Positions 53,289-63,640 of a DNA stretch of 64,000 bases are shown piece after piece. The DNA is taken from NCBI GenBank assembly GCA_963823655.1, contig CAWGMK010000006.1, positions 1 to 64,000 on the forward strand, written 5' to 3'. Under the pieces are notes generated by a model. The model saw nothing but the letters and a program-made list of their open reading frames with translations, was not told where the DNA came from and made no database searches. The position numbers and the translations under genes are program-made. Source of the DNA: an uncultured Bacillota bacterium. GTDB lineage: Bacteria > Bacillota > DTU025 > MWDF01. Within the stretch, counting starts at the first letter, position 1, and each line of letters starts with the position of its first letter.

Positions 53289-54245
53289 TTACTTTATTAG
53301 GCCGACTTCCCTGTAGTACTGTACCGCGCCGGGATGCAGAGGGGCGCCGAGGCCTTCGATAGCTTCGGCCAACTTGATGGACGCGCCCTTGGCGTGGCCG
53401 GCTGCGATGTCAGCCTGCTTCTCGAATATGGTCTTGGTTATCGCATATACGACGCTGCTTGCAAGCTTCGTATCGGCGACGAGTATTGCCATGACTGCCA
53501 CTGACTTGGCTGAGTCAGGCTGGTTCGCTCCATATGCCTTGGCGGCGATTACAGTTCCTGCCATGAAGGGCATCTTCTTCTGGAGCTCAGCGATCTTGTC
53601 ATCCTCAATGGTCAGGATCCTGATCTTGTGGGTTATGGCAGTCTCGGTGATGGCTGCTGTGGGTACGCCGCCGGTCACGAAGAAAGCATCAAGGCCGCCG
53701 TCCTTGAACTTGGCAGAAGCCTGTGCGAAACTGCTGTACTCGTACTTCAGGTCCTTCTTGTAGTCCATACCGAATACGGACAACAGCTGGCCTGCGTTGA
53801 CTTCGGTGCCGGAGCCCAGGTCGCCGACTGATACCCTCTTGCCCTTGAGGTCTGCCACGGACTTGATGTCCGAGTCATACCTGACGACAATCTGGAGGGG
53901 CTCAGGATAGAGGTTGCATATTGCGCCGATGCCCTTGTAGGCAACGCCCGCGAACTGGCTGCCCGCGGTTCCGTTATACATAAAGAATGCCGTGTCGTTC
54001 TGGACTATTGCCAAGTCCATGTCGCCGACTTTGATTCCATTAAGGTTGGCGATAGAAGCGCCGGTTGAAACCGCGTTCATATTGATGTCCGCGTTATTCT
54101 TGTTGATTACGCCGGCGATAACGCCGCCCAGAGGGAAATAGGTTCCTGCCACGCCGCCGGTGCCCAGAGTAAGGTCGCTCTTTGCCATGGCGATCATCGA
54201 CAGGGACATGATGACTGCGAGTCCGATAAGCAATGCTCTCTTCAT
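53289..54245 (-). CDS. TAXI-family TRAP substrate-binding protein
   Basis: GTGGVAGTYFPLG, STGASIAN, VQND, LYPE, DLKGKRVSVG..GSGTE, PLHPGA. Confidence 0.95.
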   Translation of the reverse strand: MKRALLIGLAVIMSLSMIAMAKSDLTLGTGGVAGTYFPLGGVIAGVINKNNADINMNAVSTGASIANLNGIKVGDMDLAIVQNDTAFFMYNGTAGSQFAGVAYKGIGAICNLYPEPLQIVVRYDSDIKSVADLKGKRVSVGDLGSGTEVNAGQLLSVFGMDYKKDLKYEYSSFAQASAKFKDGGLDAFFVTGGVPTAAITETAITHKIRILTIEDDKIAELQKKMPFMAGTVIAAKAYGANQPDSAKSVAVMAILVADTKLASSVVYAITKTIFEKQADIAAGHAKGASIKLAEAIEGLGAPLHPGAVQYYREVGLIK

Positions 54246-54549
54246 CGTATTCCTCCTTAGTATATTTTTGGGATTTCTTGACTATTGCCTAACCAATTCT
54301 AAAGATACCATAATAAGATTTCTTCGCAACACGGATATCTCCTTCACTTCCCATAGAAAAAACGCCGGATTGCGAGTTCTATCAGATTCGACGAGGCATT
54401 TTCCTATTTGTTCCAGCATTGTAACTCCTATTTGTTGTGCCGTTAAAAATACCGGAATCTAGGTGGGGATTGTTCGACATATGCATTTGGTTGGATTAGA
54501 ATAAATGTTGTTGATTCAGGCAAAAGCGCAATTTAGGAGGGAATGGGAA

Positions 54550-55281
54550 TTGCTAAGCATTAAAGGGCTGTCTAAGAGCTACAGCAAGAACAACATCAAG
54601 GCGGTCGACAACCTGAACCTTGAAATAAAAGCGGGGGAGATATACGGCTTCCTCGGACCCAACGGAGCCGGGAAAACCACGACGATTAAGATGATAGTTG
54701 GCCTTCTGCGGCCGGACTCCGGTACGATTACGGTGAACGGGCATGACGTCGCCAAGGAGCCCGTTGCGGCGAAAGCTTCGATCGCCTTCGTCCCGGACAC
54801 CCCTGAGCTCTTCGACAAGCTGACGGGCGTAGACTATCTAAACTTCATGGGGGATATCTACGGAGTAAGCACCGCAGACCGCAAGGCAAGGGCCAAGAAG
54901 CTGCTGACGATGTTCGACCTTGAAGCCGCGGCGGGCGATCTGATATCCTCATACTCCCACGGCATGAGGCAGAAGATGGCTCTGACAGGCGCTTTGCTTT
55001 CCATGCCCAAGGTCATGGTGCTGGATGAGCCCATGGTGGGACTTGATCCAAAGTCAGCCCATCTGTTCAAGGAGCTCATGAACGAGCACTGCGCCTCAGG
55101 CGGCACTGTGTTCTTCTCCACACATATACTCGACGTTGCCGAGAGGCTGTGCCACAGGGTTGGGATAATAAAGGGCGGAAGGCTCATAGCAGAGGGCACT
55201 ATGGACCAGCTCAAGTCCAATATGCAGGGAAGCACGGGCGAGTCGCTCGAGAACATCTTCCTTGAACTGACGGAGAGATAG
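54550..55281 (+). CDS. ABC transporter ATP-binding protein (ABC-2 exporter type)
   Basis: RBS AGGAGG, TTG start; GPNGAGKTT, YSHGMRQK, LDEPMVGLD, STHIL. Confidence 0.95.
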   Translation: MLSIKGLSKSYSKNNIKAVDNLNLEIKAGEIYGFLGPNGAGKTTTIKMIVGLLRPDSGTITVNGHDVAKEPVAAKASIAFVPDTPELFDKLTGVDYLNFMGDIYGVSTADRKARAKKLLTMFDLEAAAGDLISSYSHGMRQKMALTGALLSMPKVMVLDEPMVGLDPKSAHLFKELMNEHCASGGTVFFSTHILDVAERLCHRVGIIKGGRLIAEGTMDQLKSNMQGSTGESLENIFLELTER

Positions 55282-55283
55282 GC

Positions 55284-56987
55284 ATGAACCCAACTATGCA
55301 GTATTTTGCCCTTGTAAAGGCGCTTTTCAAGATCAATTTCAACATTGGCTACTGGAAGGCGAACTTCAAGAACAAGATTACCTTGAAATTCGTCGGCCAG
55401 GCTGTGCTCGGCCTGCTGGTAGTAGCCGTGCTTGCGTTCTATGAAGTGATGTTCATTCTGCTGCTGAAGAACATGTATCCGAGGCTGGCGGCGGCAGGGC
55501 AACAGAGTTCGATGCTGACGCTTGGCATATCCATGAGCCAGATTATGGTGCTCATATTCGGCATGTTCTATGTGATTGCCGCTTTCTACTACGCCAAGGG
55601 GACATCTCAGTTGATGGCAATGCCCATGAAGCCGGCGACGGTGATGATGGGCAAGTTCACAATAGTCCTCATAAATGAATACTTGACAGAGATCCTGATA
55701 TTGGGCCCCATCATGGGGGTCTATGGAGCGATGTCGGGGGCTGGGATAGGCTACTGGGTCATGTGCATCCTGGTATTCCTGCTGGCACCGATGCTTCCTC
55801 TGGCAATCGCGTCGGTCATGGCCATGCTGCTGGCCGGAGTCATTGCAAGAGGCCGCAACAAGACGTTCATGAACCTGATAGGCATACTGATATTCATGGT
55901 GGCATACTTCGGATTCCAGTACTTCGCCCTCTTCAAGATGCCACAGGACAATTCAAGCATTATGCAATACCTGGCAACGATGAACTACAACCTGGCGCTG
56001 GCCGCATCCAGGAATTTCCCGCCAAGCTTCTGGGGGACAGTTGCGGTAGCAGAAGGCTTCAATACCGTGGGGATGAAATTCCTTGCGCTGTTTGCTGGCG
56101 TCTCAGCAGCGGGTACAGCGATAATGGGCTTCCTGGGTTCTAAGTACTACTACGGCGTGATCATGTCCGGCGGCGAGACGGCAACCAAGCGCAGCAAGGT
56201 TGTTGACGGCGAGATGGTCAGCAAGCTCGTCCAGGGCGATCCCCTGGCAACATTGGCATCCAAGGACCACAAAGTCGTCATGAGGACGTCCTCATACCTT
56301 ATGAACTGCGGCGTGCTGCCTCTGATGTGGCCCGGACTGATATTCATGTATTCGCTGTTCGGAAGGAACATTGCCTCTAGCGAGCCCGAGGATCAGCTGA
56401 TACAGTTCATATCGACGCTCAACGTCCCGTGGCTGAAGACCGTGGCGTTCATGATAATCATGCAAATGGTTACCACTGGATCCATGATCGCATCTACCGC
56501 CTTCTCAAGAGAGGGGCACTCGATTGCGATTACCAAGGCGCTGCCCATAAGCGGCAAGAATGTTGTGCTGGCAAAGATAAGGTACGCTCTGATATTCCAG
56601 CTGGTAACGAGCATTCCGATAATGGCAGTGCTGCAGTACCTGTTCAAGCTCTCACTGCCAAACGCCGTGATCGCGATCGTCGTAGGGCAGATAAGCGGCC
56701 TTTGGGCGATATTCGGGGGCATGCTGATGGACCTTGCCAGGCCCTATCTCAACTGGACCGACCCTACCAGGGCGGTCAAGCAGAACATCAACGCGGTCGT
56801 GCCGATGTTCGCAGGCTGGGGCCTTATGTTCGCGCAAGGCTACGCGGTCTATAAGATGTTGCTGGCAGGCTGGGAGGGCTGGCTGCCCATAACCCTTGTG
56901 GCGGCTTTCAATGTGCTGCTTGCGGCCATTACGTTCACAGCCCTTATGGCATACGCCGAGAAGGGCTATAACAGGATAGAGATATAA
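55284..56987 (+). CDS. ABC-2 type exporter permease (about 14 TM)
   Basis: LMAMPMKP..GKF, AFSREG..KALP..AK, PYLNW..AVKQ; follows the ATPase gene. Confidence 0.85.
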   Translation: MNPTMQYFALVKALFKINFNIGYWKANFKNKITLKFVGQAVLGLLVVAVLAFYEVMFILLLKNMYPRLAAAGQQSSMLTLGISMSQIMVLIFGMFYVIAAFYYAKGTSQLMAMPMKPATVMMGKFTIVLINEYLTEILILGPIMGVYGAMSGAGIGYWVMCILVFLLAPMLPLAIASVMAMLLAGVIARGRNKTFMNLIGILIFMVAYFGFQYFALFKMPQDNSSIMQYLATMNYNLALAASRNFPPSFWGTVAVAEGFNTVGMKFLALFAGVSAAGTAIMGFLGSKYYYGVIMSGGETATKRSKVVDGEMVSKLVQGDPLATLASKDHKVVMRTSSYLMNCGVLPLMWPGLIFMYSLFGRNIASSEPEDQLIQFISTLNVPWLKTVAFMIIMQMVTTGSMIASTAFSREGHSIAITKALPISGKNVVLAKIRYALIFQLVTSIPIMAVLQYLFKLSLPNAVIAIVVGQISGLWAIFGGMLMDLARPYLNWTDPTRAVKQNINAVVPMFAGWGLMFAQGYAVYKMLLAGWEGWLPITLVAAFNVLLAAITFTALMAYAEKGYNRIEI

Positions 56988-56989
56988 GG

Positions 56990-57481
56990 ATGGGCAGGGA
57001 CGTTTACCTTTCGCTGGGCTCAAACCTGGGCGACAGGCAGGACAATCTTAAAAGGGCGGTGTCGGAGCTTGAAAAGGAGCTCGGCACCGCCCTTTTCCCT
57101 TCAAGCTTGTACGAGACTGAACCATGGGGATATCTTGACCAGCCGAAGTTTCTGAACATGTGTGCAAGGTTTCAAAGCGAAATTAGCCCGGAAGGGCTGC
57201 TTTCAGTTGTAAAGCTGGTCGAAAAGAGGCTCGGCAGGCGCAAGTCGGTGAGGTGGGGTCCCCGGCTCATAGACATCGACATTCTGATGATGGGAGATCT
57301 GGAACAAAGCTCGGAAAAGCTGACATTGCCCCATCCCAGGATGTGGGAAAGGGCGTTCGTGATGGTTCCGCTCGCAGAAATCGAACCGGGGCTGCAAAGC
57401 CCGGAAGGCCTCAAGAGCGAAGAGGCTGCGAGGAGGCTTGATCCCGAGGGGAAGGTCAAAGTAGCAGGAAAGCTCCGCTAG
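56990..57481 (+). CDS. folK: 2-amino-4-hydroxy-6-hydroxymethyldihydropteridine diphosphokinase
   Basis: YLSLGSNLGDR, SSLYETEPWG..QPKFLN, RWGPRLIDIDIL, LPHPRMWERAFV. Confidence 0.96.
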   Translation: MGRDVYLSLGSNLGDRQDNLKRAVSELEKELGTALFPSSLYETEPWGYLDQPKFLNMCARFQSEISPEGLLSVVKLVEKRLGRRKSVRWGPRLIDIDILMMGDLEQSSEKLTLPHPRMWERAFVMVPLAEIEPGLQSPEGLKSEEAARRLDPEGKVKVAGKLR

Positions 57482-57497
57482 AACCGCAATCTGCAGC

Positions 57498-58211
57498 TTA
57501 CAGCCTCTTATAGGTATCGATTGTGCCGATATCGATGAATGCCCCATCCGCCACATAGCCATTTACCACGGTCTTATCCTTAAGCCAGCCGATTATCTTG
57601 CCGAGCGCGTCCTTGGGATTTCCGTGCTCCAGGTACTCATCTATGCAATGAAGGGCCTCTTTTGTGAAGATATAGGCAGCATATGCTGCGAGATTTGACC
57701 TGGGGCACTGAGGCTTCTCCTCGAAGCCCACAATCCTTCCATGTCCGTCAAGCTCGGCCACTCCCAGCCTCTTTAGATACTCCGGGTCGGCCACTTCCTG
57801 CACTATTACGCTGCATACATGATGCTCGCGGTAATCATCAATAAAACCTCTGAGGCTGAACGCAAGGTGGCTGTCGCCGGCGATTACGAGTATATCGTCA
57901 TCATATCCCATGTGATTTACGGCCAATGCCATATCCGCGATGGCGCCGAGGGCATTGTCGGGCAAATCTACGCCATTGGAGATCACTTCAATCGAGGCGT
58001 CGGGCGGTGCCTGCTTAAGAAGCTCTACATAGTCCTGGTAATGCGTTGCGTTGGAGATTATGGTGATCTGTTTTATGCCAGATGAGATGAGGTTCTCATA
58101 TATGTTCTGCACCAGGGGCCTGCCGTTGACTGGCAGCAGAGGTTTGGGAGTGGTCAGCGTAATTGGGAACATCCTTTTTCCGTATCCTGCGCATAATATC
58201 AGCGCCTTCAT
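57498..58211 (-). CDS. NDP-sugar nucleotidyltransferase family protein
   Basis: ILCAGYGKRM, PKPLLPV, VIAGD, FEEKP, DIGT. Confidence 0.9.
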   Translation of the reverse strand: MKALILCAGYGKRMFPITLTTPKPLLPVNGRPLVQNIYENLISSGIKQITIISNATHYQDYVELLKQAPPDASIEVISNGVDLPDNALGAIADMALAVNHMGYDDDILVIAGDSHLAFSLRGFIDDYREHHVCSVIVQEVADPEYLKRLGVAELDGHGRIVGFEEKPQCPRSNLAAYAAYIFTKEALHCIDEYLEHGNPKDALGKIIGWLKDKTVVNGYVADGAFIDIGTIDTYKRL

Positions 58212-58405
58212 GGGGCACCTCCGCCAAGGTAATCATTGAGGCTGATTTGATTATATCCCATTGCAGGGGCCCTTTGTACTCCTTAGCTTCCAACCTATCC
58301 CAGAAGTTACAGGATAATAGCGGCTTATTGCCCTAAAAAGCTGGGAGCGCCTCCCTTTTGGAAGGCGCCCCCTCTTACGCAGGATTGCCAGGCGGGTACT
58401 TTCAT

Positions 58406-59050
58406 CTAAATCATGTTGCCGTCTTCGTACTCCACTTCGATGCTCTTGAAAAGGATGGGAGGGGTAGAGTAAATGCCGTGGCATGTGGAGCTTATGGAAA
58501 CGTACGAAAATGGCGATTGGTAGTAGGCATCATCGAAATCCCAGATCGGGCTGCCATTCATAGTGACTGTATAGTGGTTTCCGGATTTTACGATGAGCAT
58601 GGTATTCACTTGGCCAGCCAGGATGCCGGGCAGCCCCCAACCCTGATCATAGACGATGTGCTCGCCGCTGGATGGCCCGCTGGCCCTTACGGAATTGAAT
58701 TCCATCATAGGATCGCCTTCCAGGAAATAGAAAGAAATATAACTGTCTCCATCACCAATAGGGACTCTGCTAAGCAAAACAACTACCTCTGCGGAGACAT
58801 CATCATTGGTGGCAAGGCCGAACTTAATTGTCAGTGAATAATCTCCCATCCAAGCATAATAGGGAGATACAATATCCCCGTCCTGCAAGAATAGCCCGTC
58901 ATCGGAGAGGCTATAAAGCTCAAATACGGTCCAACCTTCAAGTTCGTCCATTTCGGTAAACTTGGCTATCCAGGTACTCTTGCTGCAACCCGAAAGCCCA
59001 AAAGCCAGGAGAAGGGCGATTGCCGCAATAACCAGCGCCCGGTACTTCAT
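58406..59050 (-). CDS. Lipoprotein, beta-rich (concanavalin-A-like fold suspected)
   Basis: Lipobox LSGC; paralogous to 59283-59928. Confidence 0.75.
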   Translation of the reverse strand: MKYRALVIAAIALLLAFGLSGCSKSTWIAKFTEMDELEGWTVFELYSLSDDGLFLQDGDIVSPYYAWMGDYSLTIKFGLATNDDVSAEVVVLLSRVPIGDGDSYISFYFLEGDPMMEFNSVRASGPSSGEHIVYDQGWGLPGILAGQVNTMLIVKSGNHYTVTMNGSPIWDFDDAYYQSPFSYVSISSTCHGIYSTPPILFKSIEVEYEDGNMI

Positions 59051-59282
59051 TTCTTCACCTCCAGTCAGAATGACTGATTATATATTCTTCATTATTTGAA
59101 ATATTCCTTGATGCTTCCTAATGACAAGCAAGCAGAAGCTCATTAGTGAGGATTTCTCTGAATATGCCTGGAGAAATGGACAATAAACTGCGGCTTTCTT
59201 ATAGCAAGTACAAGGGCTGGCAGGAAAATATTGCAATGCGTGTAATATCCTATATATGAGCATAGCTTGGAGGTGAGTTGCC

Positions 59283-59928
59283 ATGTTAAGGCGAGGGGCA
59301 TTGCTGCTTGTTGTTCTGGCGATTTTACTGTTTGCATGCGGGTGCGAGCCGAAGCTCTATTATTTCAGCTTCGAGGATGAACAGCAGCTGGATAACGAGG
59401 AAGGATCATGGATGGTATCTGTTCCCGGAAATTATGCATTTGCTGATGATGGGATTGCGCTTAATACTAGTATGATTTACGGTCCGCACAAATATAAAGG
59501 CGACTTCAAGTTCACTCTGGAGTTCAAGCTCGATACAGGTGAAGGGACGCCTGTCGCTTATGGTATTCATGGCTGATGAGCCCACAGCTGCCATGTTCGT
59601 TGGTAATATGCTGGGAATTGGTTTCTACGATATTGGGGAAGCAGCTGAGAATTTTATGGTTTTGGAACATGCAGAAGGGCACAGCAATACCCTTCCATTC
59701 GATATCGACATACCGGGGCTTGTTAATGTGGGCGAGAATGCCCTATGCATCACGAAAACCGATGATCATATCAACTTCAAGCTAAATGAAAGCGTACTCT
59801 ATGATTATGATTTGCAATACTACGCGAGCGAATGGTTCTGTCCTCATTTGATTGCTTTAACTCCATCTAGTTCCCTTATCATAAGAAGCTGCAGCATTGA
59901 ATATCAGGGCAGCAGGGCCGAGATGTAG
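59283..59928 (+). CDS. Lipoprotein, paralog of 58406-59050 (frameshift ~59558)
   Basis: Signal peptide ending ACGC; shared motifs DDG, GD(F/Y), PG, K..(D/N)H...N, YY.S, EY. Confidence 0.7.
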
Positions 59929-59951
59929 TCCTAGACACAGGATTGGATAGC

Positions 59952-59985
59952 GAACGCCGCCACAGCAAAATCCATGGCGGCGTTC
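59952..59985. terminator. Terminator between convergent genes
   Basis: GAACGCCGCCA...TGGCGGCGTTC. Confidence 0.75.
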
Positions 59986-60003
59986 AACAATATTTATTAG
60001 GCG

Positions 60004-61197
60004 CTATCTCTCTACGAGCACCGCAATGCCCATGCCCCCGCCTATGCACAAGCTGGCAAGCCCCTTCTTGTTACCCCTTTTCTGCATCTCATACAGCAAC
60101 GTAATGATAATCCTGGCGCCGGAAGCGCCTACCGGGTGGCCAAGCGCAATCGCGCCTCCGTTTACATTGACTATGGATGCATCCACCCCGCCGAAGTCCT
60201 TCTTAAGGCCTTTCATTACGGCGATGGATTGTGCCGCGAAAGCCTCATTGAGCTCGACCAGCTCGACATCCTTGAGGCTCCAGCCCGACCTATCAAGCGC
60301 TTTTCCTATCGCGGGCACCGGCCCGTAGCCCATTATCTTGGGATCCACCCCTGCTGCGCCATAAGAGACGAGCTTTGCTAGTACTTTCAGGTTGTTCTTC
60401 TTCGCGAATTCGGCGCTCGTAAGCACCAGGAATGCGCCGCCGTCGTTTATGCCGGAGGAATTTGCTGCAGTCACTCTGCCGTCCTGCTTGAATGCCGGCT
60501 TCAGCTTTGCCAGGGCATCTGCGGTGACGCCCTTCCTGGGGAACTCATCGGTATCGATGACCACGGGATCGCCCTTCCTCTGGGGTATTACGACAGGTAC
60601 GATCTCATCCTTGAACTTGCCGGCTGCCATGGCGGCTTCGCATTTCTGCTGGCTTTTAGCTGCGAATACGTCCATCTCCTCGCGGGTGATGGACCATTCA
60701 TCGGCCAGGTTCTCAGCGGTGACGCCCATATGGTAGTTGTTGAACACGTCGGTGAGCCCGTCCTTGATCATCGAGTCCACAAGCGCGGCATCGCCCATCC
60801 TGGCGCCGTACCTTGCAGAGGGCACCAGATAGGGCGCCTGGGACATGTTTTCCACGCCGCCTGCCAGTATAACCTCGGCGTCCCCGAGCATTATCGACTG
60901 GGCACCGAGCACTACTGCCTTCATCCCTGATCCGCAAAGCTTGTTGACGGCGTATGCCGGCCTTTCGACCGGCACGCCCGCCTTAATGGCTACCTGCCTG
61001 CCGACTCCTTGCCCCAAACCTGCCTGCAGAATGCAGCCTACTATGGTCTCGTCCACCTGATCTGCCTTAAGCCCCGCCTGCTCAAGCGCCGCCTTGGCAG
61101 CCACCGCTCCCAGCTCTACAGCGGATACATCCTTGAAAACTCCGCCGAAGGAACCGATAGCCGTCCGCTTCGCGCCAACGATAACTACTTCCCTCAT
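60004..61197 (-). CDS. Acetyl-CoA C-acetyltransferase (thiolase)
   Basis: [62 protein letters not shown]. Confidence 0.96.
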   Translation of the reverse strand: MREVVIVGAKRTAIGSFGGVFKDVSAVELGAVAAKAALEQAGLKADQVDETIVGCILQAGLGQGVGRQVAIKAGVPVERPAYAVNKLCGSGMKAVVLGAQSIMLGDAEVILAGGVENMSQAPYLVPSARYGARMGDAALVDSMIKDGLTDVFNNYHMGVTAENLADEWSITREEMDVFAAKSQQKCEAAMAAGKFKDEIVPVVIPQRKGDPVVIDTDEFPRKGVTADALAKLKPAFKQDGRVTAANSSGINDGGAFLVLTSAEFAKKNNLKVLAKLVSYGAAGVDPKIMGYGPVPAIGKALDRSGWSLKDVELVELNEAFAAQSIAVMKGLKKDFGGVDASIVNVNGGAIALGHPVGASGARIIITLLYEMQKRGNKKGLASLCIGGGMGIAVLVER

Positions 61198-61224
61198 AAA
61201 AGACACCTCCAAGCCCACAAGGAG

Positions 61225-62538
61225 CTAAATGATATTCATCGCCTTTGCCTTATCCTCAAGCTCAGCCCTGAAATTGGGATGAGCAATCGAGATCAGAGCC
61301 TTCGCCCTCTCCCTGACGCTCCTGCCCCTTAAAGAGGCTATGCCGTTCTCGGTGACAACGAAGTCCACATTTGACCTGTGAAGGGTCACAAATGATCCCT
61401 CCGCTAGCATCGGGGTTATCGTCGAGATCGTGCCTCCTCTTGCCGTGGAGTAGCAGGCGATAATGGACTTTCCCTTGCCGTCCAGGCCCTCTACGGCGCC
61501 GATTGCGGTGTCAGACTGGCCGCCGGTCCCGGAGTACTGGACCGGGCCAATCGATTCGGAGGCCACCTGGCCTGTAAGGTCCACCGAAAGGCAGTGTATT
61601 AATGGATACCATCTTCGTATTCTGCCTTATTACGCATGGGTCGTTGACCCATCTGCCCCTGTGGAATTCGACCACGGGATTGTCATCCACCCAGTCGTAG
61701 AGCTTCTTGGAGCCCATGCAGAAGGTGGTAATCGCCCTGTTCTTCATGAAGCCCTTCTTAGAATTGGTGATGACGCCCATCTCGTACAGCTCCATCATCG
61801 AATCCACGAACATCTCGGTGTGGACGCCAAGATCGTGCTTGTCCTTGAGGGCGAGGGCTGCGGCATTCGGTATGCCGCCGATCCCCAGCTGTATCGTGCT
61901 GCCGTCTTCTACAAGCTCCGCTATGTGGCCGCCGATCATCAGATCGACCGGGTCCCGGCTGCATGCCGGGCATCTCCGGTACCGTCTGGGTATTCTCCAC
62001 GAAGATGTCGACATCGCGAACGTTGACGAGCGTGTCGCCGAATGCCCTTGGCATCTTCTCATTGACCTCAAGGATTACAAGGTCTGCGTTCTCCAGCACG
62101 TCCTTCTCATAGGTGAGGCTCATCCCCAGCAGTGACATTGCCGTGCCTGTCGGGCGGCGTGCAGGTGCCCATGAAGATGTTCGGCTTCTTGGCGTACATC
62201 CTGTCCATGGCCGCCCTGTGCAACATGTTGGGTACGAAGGTCACGGTACCGTAGCCCTTCTTAATAATCTCCCTGATGTTGGCCGTATGGAACCACGAAT
62301 TGAGCTCGAATATGCCCTTCATCTCGGGCTTCATGTAGAAGTCGTAGGGCAGCAGCGTTAGGCACGAGAACACTTTGATGTTCTCGGCCCAGGCAGCGGC
62401 CTTGTGCATCTGGCCCATCAGGCCCTGCGGCTCGCTTGCGCACATCGCCACCACTATGTCGTCATCGGTCTTTATCTTGCTAACGGCCTCTTCTATGGAC
62501 ATTAGCTTGCTCTTGTAGATTTCTTTCCAATCGGGCAT
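61225..62538 (-). CDS. Acetyl-CoA hydrolase/transferase family (4-hydroxybutyrate/butyryl-CoA CoA-transferase-like), frameshifted
   Basis: EDGSTIQLGIGGIPNA, DLGVHTEM, DLTGQVASES, SGTGGQ, VVTENGIA, LISIAHP. Confidence 0.9.
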
Positions 62539-62632
62539 GGGGCACCTCCAAAAATGTACTGCCTGGTCACCGGAGAGATTGCTACTATCTGTTCCTGTTC
62601 CGGGGCCTTGCACTATCTGAAACAGACTCTCT

Positions 62633-63640
62633 TTAGTACTTAAACAGGTTAGCCGCTACCGAAAGCCCTGAGCCTGAGGCCATGAAGGCAACGATGTCGC
62701 CGCGCTTGATCCGGCCCTCCTTGACTGCCGTGTGGAATGCCATGGGCACGCAGCCCGATCCGGTGTAGCCGTAGCGGTCCATGACCATGGTGGTCTTCTC
62801 CATCGGAAGGCCCAATATCGCCATGATGTCCACTATAAGGGACTTGTTGATCTGGGTGAAGATGATGTGGTCGAGGTCTGCGAGCTTGATGCCGCCCTTC
62901 TTCAGAAGGTCCTCGACAATGCCGGGCCAGAGCTTGAGGTTCCTGTCGGGGGGCAGCCTCTGCAGGTTCTCAAGGCCCCATTTGCCCTCCTCAAGCAGCT
63001 CGCAGGTGGGCTGCCTGTGCGCGCCCCCTGTGTATATGCCGATGTAATCCCACTGCGTACCGTCGGCAGCGAATGAGGACTCGATGAAGCCGGACTTGCC
63101 CGTTTCATCCCTGCCCAATATGAATGAGCCTGCGCCGTCTGCGAAGATCGAGTAACCGAAGACGTCTCCGGGCCTCAGGAAGGCCGGCATGTTATAAACC
63201 CCGGTAACACAGGCGTACTCGATGCTTCTGTCAGTCGCCATTATCCTGGCGGCAGTGCTGAAGGCGGACGTGAAACTTGCGCATGATGCCACTATGTCGA
63301 AAGCCGGCACCGGCATCTGGCCGCCCTGGATTCTTCCCTGCAGCATGACTGCAGTGGCGGGGGAGATGTACTCGGGAGTGTCGGTCCCCACCAGGAAAAG
63401 GCCGATCTGTGAGGCCGATATGCCGGCATCCGCGATGGCTTGCTTAGCCGCTTTTTCCGCGAAGTCCAGAGTGCTTTCATCTATGCCCCTGAGCCTTGCC
63501 ATATGCCTTGTCCTGTAGCCCAGCTTGGCCTCGGTCTTCTCCGCGTCGAACTGGATCTGGGCGAGCTTCATCAGCTCGTAATTGTCTATAGGCTCCCCCG
63601 GCGCATACAACCCGGTGCCTACGATCTTAACCGGTAACAT
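62633..63640 (-). CDS. 3-oxoacyl-ACP synthase III (FabH/KASIII)-like protein with non-canonical active site
   Basis: GTGLYAP, TDTPEY, FDIVASCASF (catalytic Cys), FADGAG; TQIN in place of HQAN and GYTGS in place of GNTS. Confidence 0.88.
   Translation of the reverse strand: MLPVKIVGTGLYAPGEPIDNYELMKLAQIQFDAEKTEAKLGYRTRHMARLRGIDESTLDFAEKAAKQAIADAGISASQIGLFLVGTDTPEYISPATAVMLQGRIQGGQMPVPAFDIVASCASFTSAFSTAARIMATDRSIEYACVTGVYNMPAFLRPGDVFGYSIFADGAGSFILGRDETGKSGFIESSFAADGTQWDYIGIYTGGAHRQPTCELLEEGKWGLENLQRLPPDRNLKLWPGIVEDLLKKGGIKLADLDHIIFTQINKSLIVDIMAILGLPMEKTTMVMDRYGYTGSGCVPMAFHTAVKEGRIKRGDIVAFMASGSGLSVAANLFKY

Noticed and set aside
23436-62538. Split genes (gntK, kinase, oppB-like, corA, potD, lipoprotein, CoA-transferase) as pseudogenes or phase-variable loci
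   Set aside because: Single-base indels with both halves otherwise conserved and no long simple-sequence tracts; sequencing error is the simpler explanation, though it cannot be excluded without reads.
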